This document shows positions 1 through 9,602 of a stretch of DNA of 64,000 bases, one piece after another. This stretch comes from Spirochaetota bacterium (GTDB taxonomy: Bacteria > Spirochaetota > UBA4802 > JAFGDQ01), in assembly GCA_043803405.1 (NCBI GenBank), contig JAZDKB010000019.1, positions 256,001 through 320,000 of the forward strand. The letters run 5' to 3'. Below the pieces are notes generated by a model. That model had not been told where the DNA came from. It did not search any database and was given only the letters and a program-made list of their open reading frames with translations. Both the position numbers and the translations under genes were made by a program. The first letter of the stretch is position 1; each line of letters begins with the position of its first letter.

Positions 1-1438
1 CCAGATCTTCAAAAAACTTCTTCTGTGTCTCTTTAGATACAGGCTCAGTTGCAAGACTTATTACTACATAAAGAATTATATCAACAAAAAGGGGCACAAA
101 AATCGGGTGGAACCCGAGAAGCGCCGGTTTATAGAAGAAAGACCCGACTATAAGCCATATCAGACCAACAACTATTCCTGTTATTGCTCCCTGTTTGTTG
201 CCTCTTTTCCAGATTACGCCGCCAACCAGCGCAGGCGCCCACAGAGCGAAACCGGGCGATGCTATATTGCTGAGCAGAAGGCCAAGTTCTGCCGGCCGTG
301 CGATGGCAAGCAAAAAGCTCAGAATAGCAGCAACAACCATTCCGACCCTTGAATACAGCTTCAGTTTGCGGTCGTCCGATCCTGTTATAGCATACAGAAT
401 ATCTCTTGAAACCAATACACCTGAAACCATCAGCTGTGTAGCTACAGTCGAAATGGCTGCAGCCAGTACTGCGAGCAGTGTGGCGCCGGCAGCCCATGCA
501 GGGAGATATTTTGAAATGGCAATCTGAACAACAGCATCAGATGCTTTGCCTGTTAAACCGGGTACAAGTACCGGACAAATAAGATAGCCCCATATTGCTG
601 CTATATTGCAGAAAACTAAAGCAAAAAGAAGCATCGCAACCATCATTTTACGTGTTGCAACAAGGCTCTTTGACTGCATTGTGCTTATAACTATATGCGG
701 CCATGCGAATACCGTGCATCCCGCGAGAGCCAGGCCAATTAAAGTCTGCGTTTTCCATGCTCCGACAGGTCCCGGTACGCCCAATAGTCCGGGCTTTATT
801 TCCTGAACCTTTGTTGCTAAATCTGTAAGGCTTGTATTGTCCGTAGCTACCATAACCCAAACAAGGAAGCCCCAGAATGTGATTGTAAATATTAAACCGA
901 GTAAAACGTTAAGCCATGCCACACTTTTTGTTCCGCCGATGAGGCATATAAGAAGCATTATGACTGTCATATATGCTGCACCGAACCAGAAAGGCAGGTC
1001 AAGAGCCGCTTTCATACCTGCGCCGATTCCTACAGCCTGAAGTCCAAGGTATGGAAAGAGGAATAATACAAGAAGACCGCCTACAAGTACTCTGACAGTA
1101 TTAGACTGGTAGCGCTCACCCAGGTATTCAACCGGCGACAGAAAACCGTATTTTTTTCCGCCAGCCCAAAGTTTGGGGCCTATCATAATGTATAAAAAGG
1201 CAAATGAAGTAAAAGAGAAGAAAAGCATAAATCCCGGACCTGTATTATATATTGTTCCAGGAAAGCCGTAAAATGTCCACGCGCTCGAAATAGCAAAATA
1301 TACATAAAAAAACAGAACAAACGTCCCGATCGCCCTTCCTGCGAGAAGGTAGTCGGCTGCGGTCTTGTTAGACAACTTATACCCATAGGCGCTTATAAGA
1401 ACCAGTAGAACCCCGAGTATCAGAATTATCCAAAGCAT
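1..1438 (-). CDS. Sodium:solute symporter (SSS family), runs off the left window edge near its C-terminus
   Basis: Manual translation from ATG at 1438 (SD GGAGG): MLWIILILGV...DYLLAGR...SAWTFYGFPG...GKKYGFLSPVEYLGERY. The sampled stretches and the window edge (...SKETQKKFFEDL) are in the same frame. Absent from the ORF track because no stop codon lies in the window. Confidence 0.85.
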   Translation of the reverse strand, partial: MLWIILILGVLLVLISAYGYKLSNKTAADYLLAGRAIGTFVLFFYVYFAISSAWTFYGFPGTIYNTGPGFMLFFSFTSFAFLYIMIGPKLWAGGKKYGFLSPVEYLGERYQSNTVRVLVGGLLVLFLFPYLGLQAVGIGAGMKAALDLPFWFGAAYMTVIMLLICLIGGTKSVAWLNVLLGLIFTITFWGFLVWVMVATDNTSLTDLATKVQEIKPGLLGVPGPVGAWKTQTLIGLALAGCTVFAWPHIVISTMQSKSLVATRKMMVAMLLFALVFCNIAAIWGYLICPVLVPGLTGKASDAVVQIAISKYLPAWAAGATLLAVLAAAISTVATQLMVSGVLVSRDILYAITGSDDRKLKLYSRVGMVVAAILSFLLAIARPAELGLLLSNIASPGFALWAPALVGGVIWKRGNKQGAITGIVVGLIWLIVGSFFYKPALLGFHPIFVPLFVDIILYVVISLATEPVSKETQKKFFEDL

Positions 1439-1493
1439 AGTATCCTCCTAGTTTTTGTGTTTTTTTTGTTTTTGTAATGATCCATCCTGCAAC

Positions 1494-1712
1494 TTAACGA
1501 TACGGCCAGTATTTACTTGTGTAAACCCAGAAAGATACGAGCCATACAATGGTCTGTAGGTTGTAAAAAACTACCACGAGCGGCATCCAACCAAACAGCA
1601 GATATGTAGTATCCTGAATAACAACAGGAAGGATAAATACATACCAGATTACGCTTAGGGCCAATATCCATAAAAGAGTTTTACCCGGCGCATGACTTGT
1701 TATTTCTCTCAT
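1494..1712 (-). CDS. Small two-TM membrane protein, probable partner subunit of the adjacent SSS symporter (DUF3311/DUF485-like)
   Basis: 72 aa, hydrophobic, FGWMP motif, SD AAGGAGG, directly upstream of the symporter as is typical for these pairs. Confidence 0.7.
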   Translation of the reverse strand: MREITSHAPGKTLLWILALSVIWYVFILPVVIQDTTYLLFGWMPLVVVFYNLQTIVWLVSFWVYTSKYWPYR

Positions 1713-2087
1713 AAGAAAACCTCCTTATTTAGTGTTATCCGGTAAAAATTATTTTACCCGGCTGTAGCTCCAGATTAATTGTAAATTGTTAAAATGGGTA
1801 TAGATAGAGGTTAAATATTTTACAAAAAAGTTTGCTGCCATCGGATTCTGCTTAACTGCATTATCCGGAAAATCTTTTATATTTACATTGCGCATTTGGT
1901 TTTCTTTGGTTAAAATTTTACTTATATTTTTTATGCTGTGTGAATGCTGCTTTTCAGAATCATTTGCCCTGTTCAGCACATATCCTTTTTAATCTGTTGT
2001 TTTTTGCTTTTGGGCAGACTTGTACTCTTTTCATTTTATGTTTATGCAATTGAAATGTTTGATTGTTATTTGCTCTATATGATATAG

Positions 2088-2127
2088 TTATCGATTGATC
2101 GGTAGAATTATCGATTGATCGGTAGAA
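2088..2127. repeat. Perfect 20-bp tandem duplication of an imperfect palindrome (TTATCGATTGATCGGTAGAA x2), candidate operator pair
   Basis: 2088-2107 is identical to 2108-2127; lies in the intergenic region upstream of the symporter operon. Confidence 0.8.
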
Positions 2128-2517
2128 CATACGGTAAAAAAAGTCAACTATATTTTTTAAATTTTCTAACATTTTTTTGGGATTAAAATTAAGTTTTCGG
2201 CGAAATGATTTTTAACACGATATAACTTATCATTAAATTACCTTAAAATCGGATATTTTACAAATTTTAACCGGTACCGGTCAAATGCTTATGCAAAATG
2301 CTCGAAACAAGATTTTGATACGTTATGACTTACGGTTTGTTTTTAGTTTTGAAATCGTATTACCCGCACTAATCCATTTCGCCTTTTTTGAAGGATTAAA
2401 AAGGCCGCTATTTCTTATTTAAATTTTGCGGATTTATGTTTTTGAATTATATATTAGTTGAAAAACTGATCTTTTAAGTTTTAATGTATACAGTTATATT
2501 TTAAATGTCAATAATAA

Positions 2518-2563
2518 GTTATTCAGCTTGACTGATTTTTTAGTTTTTTTTGAGATGAGTTAT
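2518..2563. repeat. Minimal member of the ACTCATC/GATGAGT palindromic repeat family
   Basis: TTATTCAGCTTGACTGATTTTTT resembles the left end of 61301; TTTTGAGATGAGTT matches the right ends of 9453 and 20153. Confidence 0.55.
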
Positions 2564-2711
2564 AGTAATATTTTTCCCCTAAAGCATATATACTATATGA
2601 GAGTGTCCGGCAGCATGAAAATTTTTTGTTTACGACACCTTGCACAAATTCGATTATTTTAATAATTGGGAAGTTAAATCACTATAAAATTAACTTAAAG
2701 CGGTAATTACA

Positions 2712-3869
2712 ATGCCATTATATACATTAATAGCAACAAGCGCTTTCGGCCTTGAATCGGTAGTTGCAACCGAGCTTAGAGATTTGGGATACAACAATTT
2801 AAAGACAGAAGACGGGAAAGTGACCTTTTCCGGAGATAATATTGATATTGTGCGCTGCAATCTGTGGCTGCGTTGCGCGGACAGGCTGCTTATAAAAATG
2901 GCAGAGTTCAGGGCAATGGATTTCGAGGAGCTTTTTCAGGGCGCGTTTGCAGTCCGCTGGGAAAAGCTTATTCCGGAAAACGGCGTTATGCACGTTACAG
3001 GAAAATCGGTAAGGTCACAGCTGCACAGCGTGCCCGACTGCCAGGCAATAGTAAAAAAAGCGGTTATTGAAGCAATGAAGCGCAAATACAATAAAGACAT
3101 TTTCAAAGAAGACGGGCCTGTTTTCAGAATTGAAGTTGCCATGCTGAAGGATGTCGCTACTTTATCAATAGATACAAGCGGAAACGGCCTTCACAAGCGA
3201 GGCTACGGGCAAACGAGGGGAGAGGCTCCTTTAAGAGAAACGCTTGCTGCTGCGCTTGTTAAGCTGAGCAAATGGGATGCCTCAAGAACTTTTGTAGATC
3301 CTATGTGCGGTTCCGGCACAATAGTTATTGAAGCAGCGCTTATAGGGAACAATATTGCGCCCGGGCTAAGGAGGACTTTCGCTTCGGAGAACTGGCCTGC
3401 CATTCCTAAGAAGATCTGGGACACTATGCGCGCGGAAGCTGAAGAGAAAATTACGGATATTCCGCTTTCCATATTCGCATCGGACATGGACAGTACGGTT
3501 TTTAAACAGGCTGTGGAGAATGCTGAAAAAGCCGGGGTTCAAAGCAGCATAACATTCCAGAAAAAGCCCATCGAAGAATTCAGTTCTAAGAAGAAATATG
3601 GCTGTATAATATGCAATCCGCCTTACGGGGAGCGTCTTGGTGACAAAGACAGTGCTGAAGAATTGTACAGAACAATGGGCAATATCTTTTTAAAACTGGA
3701 CACATGGTCGTTTTTTATTCTAACTTCGCACCCTGAATTTCAACGGCACTTCGGAAAAGAATCTACCAAGAACCGGAAGCTTTATAACGGGAAAATCAAA
3801 TGCTATTTTTACCAGTATTTCGGGCCTCTGCCTAATAAGCATACCAAAGAAATCAATAATCCGGCATAA
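2712..3869 (+). CDS. THUMP-domain class I SAM-dependent RNA methyltransferase (RlmL/YpsC-like)
   Basis: LHKRGY, APLRETLAA, DPMCGSGT and NPPYGERL motifs. Confidence 0.9.
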   Translation: MPLYTLIATSAFGLESVVATELRDLGYNNLKTEDGKVTFSGDNIDIVRCNLWLRCADRLLIKMAEFRAMDFEELFQGAFAVRWEKLIPENGVMHVTGKSVRSQLHSVPDCQAIVKKAVIEAMKRKYNKDIFKEDGPVFRIEVAMLKDVATLSIDTSGNGLHKRGYGQTRGEAPLRETLAAALVKLSKWDASRTFVDPMCGSGTIVIEAALIGNNIAPGLRRTFASENWPAIPKKIWDTMRAEAEEKITDIPLSIFASDMDSTVFKQAVENAEKAGVQSSITFQKKPIEEFSSKKKYGCIICNPPYGERLGDKDSAEELYRTMGNIFLKLDTWSFFILTSHPEFQRHFGKESTKNRKLYNGKIKCYFYQYFGPLPNKHTKEINNPA

Positions 3870-4045
3870 ATATGCCGATAAATAGAAAAAGATATATATT
3901 ATAACATCATGTGTGACTATTAGAAAAAATAAATATTGTGATATTTACATTAAACAAAAAAAGTCGTATATAAAAATATTTCCCGGGAGTGCTTTATTAT
4001 GACTTTAGTAGATTTTAGGACGCGCTCTTAAACCAAATTAAAATT

Positions 4046-5644
4046 ATGACAACATTACTGGCAATATTATTAATTTTTATACTTGTGTTGGTGATCTGGG
4101 CCCTTTTCGGGAAAGGAGGAGGGTCTGTAAAAGATCAGGAAACAAAACCGGAAGCCGGGGAGACTCCGTTAAGGCGCAGAGCCGCGGATAAGGCGATTGA
4201 AGAACAGTTCCCGGACGCAGAAATCCACCCGTTCAGAAGAAAGGAAGATATTGAAGCGCTTGAAGAGATAAGCAAGGTAGACGAGGATTTCAAGCTTCCG
4301 TATTCTGCGAATGAAATAATTCCCGAAGGCTCTAAATACTGGGTGTACAACAGAATATTAATGAATTCCGAGATATATGCAAGGAAAGGGGATTTTCCTA
4401 CTGCCATATCGCTTTATAAAGGCGTTTACGAGAGAATTATCGATCAGCAGGTCAACGACAAGATCAGAACCAATGTCGATTATCTGCAGGAATACCAGAA
4501 AGCCCGGATTCAGAAACAAAGCGAAGCTGCAAGAATAAAGGCAATAGAAAAAAACACAGAGAAGAAAGGAAACGAGATTAAGCTTTCCCTCGACGGTCCT
4601 ATCAAGATTCCGGATAGAATAGAGATAGCATTAACACAGCCTTTGCAGGAGCCGGCTCCCAAATTCGATATTGATAAAATAGTTGATGAGATTGCCGAAA
4701 AAATAGCTGCCAAAGCATTAAAGGAAGCAAAAGCCGATCAATCCGAACTTGAGGATTTAAAAGCGAAAAGCGAAGAAGTTTCTAAACTAAAAGACGGGCT
4801 GTCGAAGCTGCAGGACAGGCTTTTCGATATGCATTACGAGGGAGAGGAAACCAAAAAGGAATTCGAGGAGCTTAAGTCCAGGCTTGAAGAAGCTGGGGAA
4901 GCGGGAGAAGCCGAAAAAGAAAAACCTGCTCTTGAAGAAGCAAAATTCCAGATGCAGGTGCCTAAGCCGAAATTAGTAGAACCGCCGGAAGAAGAACCTG
5001 AAGAATTGGAAGAAGAGAAAGCTGAAACTCCCGAAGAGCCTGAACCCATAGCGGAAGAACCGGAGAAAAAGGTTGAGGAAGTTCTTAGAAAGGTTGAAGA
5101 CAAAGAAGACGACAAGGAAGAAGTCGAACTTCTGAGCCAGTTTGAAAAAGAAGAGGAGCTGTCCGCATTATCAGATGAAGATATTTTTGAGAAAATTTTA
5201 CGCGATGATATTGCCAAGAAGAAAGACGAAAGTTTTGAAATAGTAGGTTATAACAAGGGCGATGAAGCTCACTCGGACGATTTAAACGACAGGGAACTGG
5301 AAGAGAAGCAAAAAGAAGAGGAACAATTTTACAGAAAATTCCTGCGTCACGGCAAAAGGGTCAGGAAAGAGCTGCCCATTTTAAAAGTAAGCTTCGATTT
5401 CTCCAAGCTCCCGGATGAGTTCGGATTATCCAAGGATCAGAATATCCTTCAATATTCTTTTTATAAGTTCAAGCCCATGCTGGAAAAGGCGAATGAGTAT
5501 ATCAGAAGAAGGAATGTGCGTGAAGCTATAAATTATTACAATGTAGTGAAAGATCAGAACATACCGCCGGCATTCAAGGTTATGCTGGATAAGAATATCA
5601 GCGAGCTGACGGAGTATATAGAAAAGTATCTTGCTGCGGATTAA
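4046..5644 (+). CDS. Membrane-anchored hypothetical protein with acidic coiled-coil linker and two TPR-like segments
   Basis: 532-aa ORF, N-terminal TM helix, Glu/Pro-rich middle. Confidence 0.75.
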   Translation: MTTLLAILLIFILVLVIWALFGKGGGSVKDQETKPEAGETPLRRRAADKAIEEQFPDAEIHPFRRKEDIEALEEISKVDEDFKLPYSANEIIPEGSKYWVYNRILMNSEIYARKGDFPTAISLYKGVYERIIDQQVNDKIRTNVDYLQEYQKARIQKQSEAARIKAIEKNTEKKGNEIKLSLDGPIKIPDRIEIALTQPLQEPAPKFDIDKIVDEIAEKIAAKALKEAKADQSELEDLKAKSEEVSKLKDGLSKLQDRLFDMHYEGEETKKEFEELKSRLEEAGEAGEAEKEKPALEEAKFQMQVPKPKLVEPPEEEPEELEEEKAETPEEPEPIAEEPEKKVEEVLRKVEDKEDDKEEVELLSQFEKEEELSALSDEDIFEKILRDDIAKKKDESFEIVGYNKGDEAHSDDLNDRELEEKQKEEEQFYRKFLRHGKRVRKELPILKVSFDFSKLPDEFGLSKDQNILQYSFYKFKPMLEKANEYIRRRNVREAINYYNVVKDQNIPPAFKVMLDKNISELTEYIEKYLAAD

Positions 5645-5729
5645 GCGTGCCTACAACCATTGTTTTGTAATATATTGATTAACATAATCTTCTAATGGAC
5701 ATATCATAAATAATTTTTTTGATAACGCA

Positions 5730-6338
5730 ATGAACGAACCTATCGGACTAGTATTTGCTACAAACATTGAATCGGAACCGTTTGTGAAGGGACTATGCCT
5801 GGAGCAGATAGAAAATAAACCTTTCGGGATTTATTCCGGGGACCGCTATTATCTTGTTAATGCAGGTATAGGCAAAGCAAACGCCGCTATGGCTGCATCG
5901 TATCTTATTTATAAATATAATACAAAAATAATTTTTAACATAGGCGCCGCAGGATCAACAACAACAGGGAAAAAGCTGGGCGATATCTTTCATATTGAAA
6001 AAGCAGTTGAATATGACAGGCCAAAAATTTTCTCCAAGGGCATCAGGATACTCGAACCTGATATGCTGGAAGGATTCAGCACAGCGACGTTAGCTACTCA
6101 GGACAAACCAGTGATCTCTCCGCAGGACAGGCTCGATATATCGATACACGCAGATCTTGTCGACATGGAAGGCGCGTCCGTTATACAGGCATGCAGGCTT
6201 TTCGGAGCCAGATGCTTTTTGTTTAAAATAGTAACCGATACTCCTCTGCACGAAGAAGCTGATATTATAAAAAATGTAAAAAATACGGCAGTAAAAATGT
6301 TCGAATTTTTTAAAGCTGCAGTGTTGAAAAATATTTAA
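5730..6338 (+). CDS. MTA/SAH nucleosidase-like protein (PNP/UDP phosphorylase family)
   Basis: GIGKANAA, NIGAAG, VDMEGA and KIVTD motifs. Confidence 0.75.
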   Translation: MNEPIGLVFATNIESEPFVKGLCLEQIENKPFGIYSGDRYYLVNAGIGKANAAMAASYLIYKYNTKIIFNIGAAGSTTTGKKLGDIFHIEKAVEYDRPKIFSKGIRILEPDMLEGFSTATLATQDKPVISPQDRLDISIHADLVDMEGASVIQACRLFGARCFLFKIVTDTPLHEEADIIKNVKNTAVKMFEFFKAAVLKNI

Positions 6339-6351
6339 TAAAAAAATAAAT

Positions 6352-6380
6352 TTGACTTTTTTTAAACCTGCAATTATAAT
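6352..6380 (+). promoter_or_regulatory. Sigma70-type promoter of the toxin-antitoxin operon
   Basis: TTGACT(6352-57)-N17-TATAAT(6375-80). Confidence 0.75.
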
Positions 6381-6389
6381 ATTTGATAT

Positions 6390-6620
6390 ATGAAGCTATC
6401 AATTAAGAACATACGGGATAACGCTCTGGCTTTACCGTGTATTGAGCGCACAATTCTTATTCGCGATTTGTTATTAAGCTTAGAAGAAGAGTACGATTTC
6501 AATTTAGAGCAGAAGTATGAAGCCGGAATTAAGAGAAGACTGGAATCGGTTAAAGACGGCTCCGCAGAAGCTTATTCCGCAAATACTGTATTTCAGAAGA
6601 TAAAAAAGAATTGCCTGTGA
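6390..6620 (+). CDS. Putative addiction-module antitoxin
   Basis: 76 aa, ALALP..ER..L...LL.SL and IKRR pattern; overlaps the downstream RelE/ParE gene. Confidence 0.75.
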   Translation: MKLSIKNIRDNALALPCIERTILIRDLLLSLEEEYDFNLEQKYEAGIKRRLESVKDGSAEAYSANTVFQKIKKNCL

Positions 6621-6940
6621 CCGACATTAAAATACTTTCCGATGCCCAGCTTGCTTTAATGAATGCCGTTAGATTGTACGAGGAAAAATCTAAAGGCCTT
6701 GGGATGCGTTTATTAAGCGAGATTGAATCTTCCCTGGAAATAATAAGAAGATTCCCCGAATGCTGTCCTGTCCGCAGCGACGACACACGCAGGTATTTAA
6801 TAAATCGATTTCCTTATCTTATAATATATACATTCCATAAAAAAAAGATATGGTTTCTGTCTTTTAGTCAGTGCAGGAGAAAACCTGAATACTGGATAAA
6901 CAGAATGAAAAACGAGTTTCAGGCTGCTTCTTCCCTCTAA
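6611..6940 (+). CDS. RelE/ParE-family type II toxin
   Basis: YE....GLG..L, RRYLINRFPYLIIY and RRKPEYW motifs. Confidence 0.8.
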   Translation: MPVTDIKILSDAQLALMNAVRLYEEKSKGLGMRLLSEIESSLEIIRRFPECCPVRSDDTRRYLINRFPYLIIYTFHKKKIWFLSFSQCRRKPEYWINRMKNEFQAASSL

Positions 6941-7017
6941 TAAAGATTGTTCCTTTTGTTGATAATAATTTATTATTATCCGGCATGACAGCGGAGGCTG
7001 CGCATGCCGTAAATCGG

Positions 7018-7866
7018 TTATTTATTATTTAAATCACCTACTCCAATAAAAGGCACAGCTCCATTGCCTGTCACCTGCGGCAGTATTCCGTTCCATTTCT
7101 CTATCGCCTTTATGTTGGCCTCTACTCTTCTAAGGTCTATCAGGTCCTTTGAAATATTCGCCCTTTGCAGACGTAATGATTCCGCCTCTGCCCTGGCTGA
7201 GGTTATCTTCTGCTCCGCCTCTATCTTAATTCTCTCAAGATCCCTTTGAGCCTTTTGCGCAAGCTGATCGGCTGTCTGCTTTGATTCTATTGCTTCCATG
7301 AATATCTTGCTGAAGCTGAAGCCCACAATGGAAAACGCGACAACAGATATATTATGCTCCTTAAGTCTCTCTGTTAACGTTGATTTCATGGCATCGCTTA
7401 CAGCCGGCCTTTTTGTTATTAGCTGTTCAGCAGTATATTTTGCCGTAATTGCCTTTACTACTTCCTGCACTGCCGGATCAATAATCCGTTCTTTAAATTG
7501 CACGCCTAAAGTCTGGTAGACAATATTCGCTTTATTCGGAGCTATATGGTAGTTAATCGCAACGGTTGAGCTGACATCCTGAAGATCGGATGACGCTGCG
7601 GCTGCTTCGGTAGTCACTTTCTGCACTTTAACATCCATCGGTATAATTTCCTGCACAAGCGGTATTCTGAAATGCAGCCCTTCATCCAACACCGTCTCCT
7701 GAACAGCACCAAAATTAAGAACAACCCCTCTTTCTCCTGCCCCGACTTGAACCCAGGGCCTAAATAACAGTATCAGTATCAAAACCGCAGCTGAAATAAC
7801 TACTGCCCTCATTGGGCCTTTTTTCATGATGAAATCCTTGATCATATTAAAATCTTTTTCTTCCAT
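7018..7866 (-). CDS. SPFH/band-7 (prohibitin-like) membrane protein
   Basis: TM helix, GERGVVLNFG, EGLHFRIP, AIESKQ..EQ coiled coil, IEKWNG.LP. Confidence 0.9.
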   Translation of the reverse strand: MEEKDFNMIKDFIMKKGPMRAVVISAAVLILILLFRPWVQVGAGERGVVLNFGAVQETVLDEGLHFRIPLVQEIIPMDVKVQKVTTEAAAASSDLQDVSSTVAINYHIAPNKANIVYQTLGVQFKERIIDPAVQEVVKAITAKYTAEQLITKRPAVSDAMKSTLTERLKEHNISVVAFSIVGFSFSKIFMEAIESKQTADQLAQKAQRDLERIKIEAEQKITSARAEAESLRLQRANISKDLIDLRRVEANIKAIEKWNGILPQVTGNGAVPFIGVGDLNNK

Positions 7867-8137
7867 ATTGCTGACTCCTTTTTTTTATTTACCGGATTTT
7901 GAACATCCGTTTATTTCAACTTTATTTTTTAATTGCCTGCGAAAGGATTCATGAACATATGAGCAGTAGCCGGATGTCGCAATTCGGGCAATTCGTATTG
8001 GTCTCCGTTATTAAATAATGAAATTATTCTGATTACACGTATAGAGGACATGATTCAGTCACGCGCATATTTATGACTGCAGTAAGCCCTTGCCTGCAGA
8101 ATTGAAGTGAATGTCCGGTTTGCCGGGTACCGGCTAT

Positions 8138-8485
8138 TTAAACGAAAGTGGATCTTGACCATACCGCGTATTTGAACGCGGGCAGTTCACTGTTTTTATA
8201 AGTGGAAATAGATAGTGAAAAACATAATTCGGGCGCTGCAGCATACCTGTAACAGCCTGGTAATTCAGAATCGCTGGAGAAAAATTTAATTTTAAAAAAA
8301 TTATTCCTGTTGTTAAAATACGGGCGTATGTTTTTTGTCTGTTGCTTGGCGAAATGTGTTATATTCCATTTTAACGCAGCACAATCGGACATATCGCCTG
8401 CGATTAACGGGCAGAGTATGGCGGTTAAAGCCGCTAGCGCCGTTATTTTGAATTTTAAATGTATCATTTTGCCGAAAAGACGCAT
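8138..8485 (-). CDS. Hypothetical small protein with signal-peptide-like N-terminus
   Basis: 115-aa ORF with a basic-hydrophobic N-terminus; no recognised domain. Confidence 0.35.
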   Translation of the reverse strand: MRLFGKMIHLKFKITALAALTAILCPLIAGDMSDCAALKWNITHFAKQQTKNIRPYFNNRNNFFKIKFFSSDSELPGCYRYAAAPELCFSLSISTYKNSELPAFKYAVWSRSTFV

Positions 8486-8762
8486 TAGAAAAATTTACCC
8501 TGTAATTATATGAATATATTTTATTCAATTTCCGGTTTCAGTAAATCAAGTAATTCTGAAATGTCAAGCTATATTCCTTGAAAAGGGAAATCGTCATAAG
8601 AAAGCCAGTTAATATAATGTAAAAAAAGCGAATTCTTTGCTGACACACAGACTGGCACTTTTAAAAAAATATAGCGCTCCCTTGCAATAAGAAGTTGCAA
8701 TTATGCAATAGTTGGTTACATCATGTTATCGGTTGATGGCAATCCAAACGGGACAGGACTGT

Positions 8763-9248
8763 ATGCAAAATTTAAGAATTGGAATTGGTTTTGATGTTCA
8801 CGCCTTTGCAAAGGGACGCCCATTATTTCTCGGTGGTGTAAAAATTGATTACGAATACGGTCTGCTTGGGCATTCGGATGCAGATGTTCTTATTCATGCT
8901 ATAATGGATTCCCTCCTGGGCGCTGCAAATCTCGGCGATATCGGCAGGCTGTTTCCGGATACTGATCTGAAATACAAAGACATATCGAGCATTGAGCTGC
9001 TGAAAAACGTGAGCACACTTTTGCGTGAAAAAAATATTGAAATAATAAATATCGATTCTGTTGTAATATGCGAACAGCCGAAGATAAAAGGCTATATCGG
9101 CAGCATGAAGTCGGCTATATCCGGCGCACTTAACGGCCTCACAGCCGACAGGATCGGCATTAAGGGCACCACTACGGAAAAGCTGGGTTTTACAGGCAGA
9201 AAAGAAGGCATTGCTGCGCAGGCTGTCTCGCTTATTCTTCTTGGTTAA
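8763..9248 (+). CDS. ispF: 2-C-methyl-D-erythritol 2,4-cyclodiphosphate synthase
   Basis: RIGIGFDVH, GHSDADV and TTTEKLGFTGRKEGIAA; start moved to ATG 8763 (GGA upstream). Confidence 0.95.
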   Translation: MQNLRIGIGFDVHAFAKGRPLFLGGVKIDYEYGLLGHSDADVLIHAIMDSLLGAANLGDIGRLFPDTDLKYKDISSIELLKNVSTLLREKNIEIINIDSVVICEQPKIKGYIGSMKSAISGALNGLTADRIGIKGTTTEKLGFTGRKEGIAAQAVSLILLG

Positions 9249-9250
9249 TC

Positions 9251-9453
9251 ACAAGTCATCTTAAAATTAAGTCTTATATTCTATAAAATAAAATACATTA
9301 CAAAATTTTCTGCGGAATCAGGCCTTCAACGTTAATTTCTTTAGTCTTTAAAAGTTGTTGCTTCAGGCCTGAAAGGCGTCCTCAAAAATTTTGTAATGTA
9401 TTTTATTTTAAAGTCAGCTATTTTTATAAAATGATATTTTTGAGATGAGTTCT
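9251..9453. repeat. ~200-bp nested palindromic MITE-like element, subfamily A copy 1
   Basis: Perfect 26-bp inner inverted repeat 9284-9309/9385-9410; core nearly identical to 56708-56782; ends TCATCTTAAAA...TTTTGAGATGAGTTCT. Confidence 0.85.
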
Positions 9454-9602
9454 GGTTATTTTATTCTCCCTGAGATCATCTGTTTTTATTTTACTAAAAA
9501 TTAAATTGACAACAGAGTACTTATAAAATCCTTATATAAAAACATTTGAGTTTGATGCTTAATCAGCTTTATCCCCTAATTACAATTTTCAGGAAAATTA
9601 AA

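Noticed and set aside
107..1386. Short ORFs listed in the first 1.4 kb, and a possible pseudogene there
   Set aside because: They are shadows of one minus-strand SSS frame that simply leaves the window.
1749..2172. Two short minus-strand ORFs upstream of the symporter operon
   Set aside because: No SD or recognisable motif; one runs through the tandem operator-like repeat; likely chance ORFs in AT-rich DNA.
3855..3881. Sigma28 promoter (GCCGATAA)
   Set aside because: No TAAA -35 at the right spacing, and the motif is one arm of the hairpin CGGCATA/TATGCCG at a gene end.
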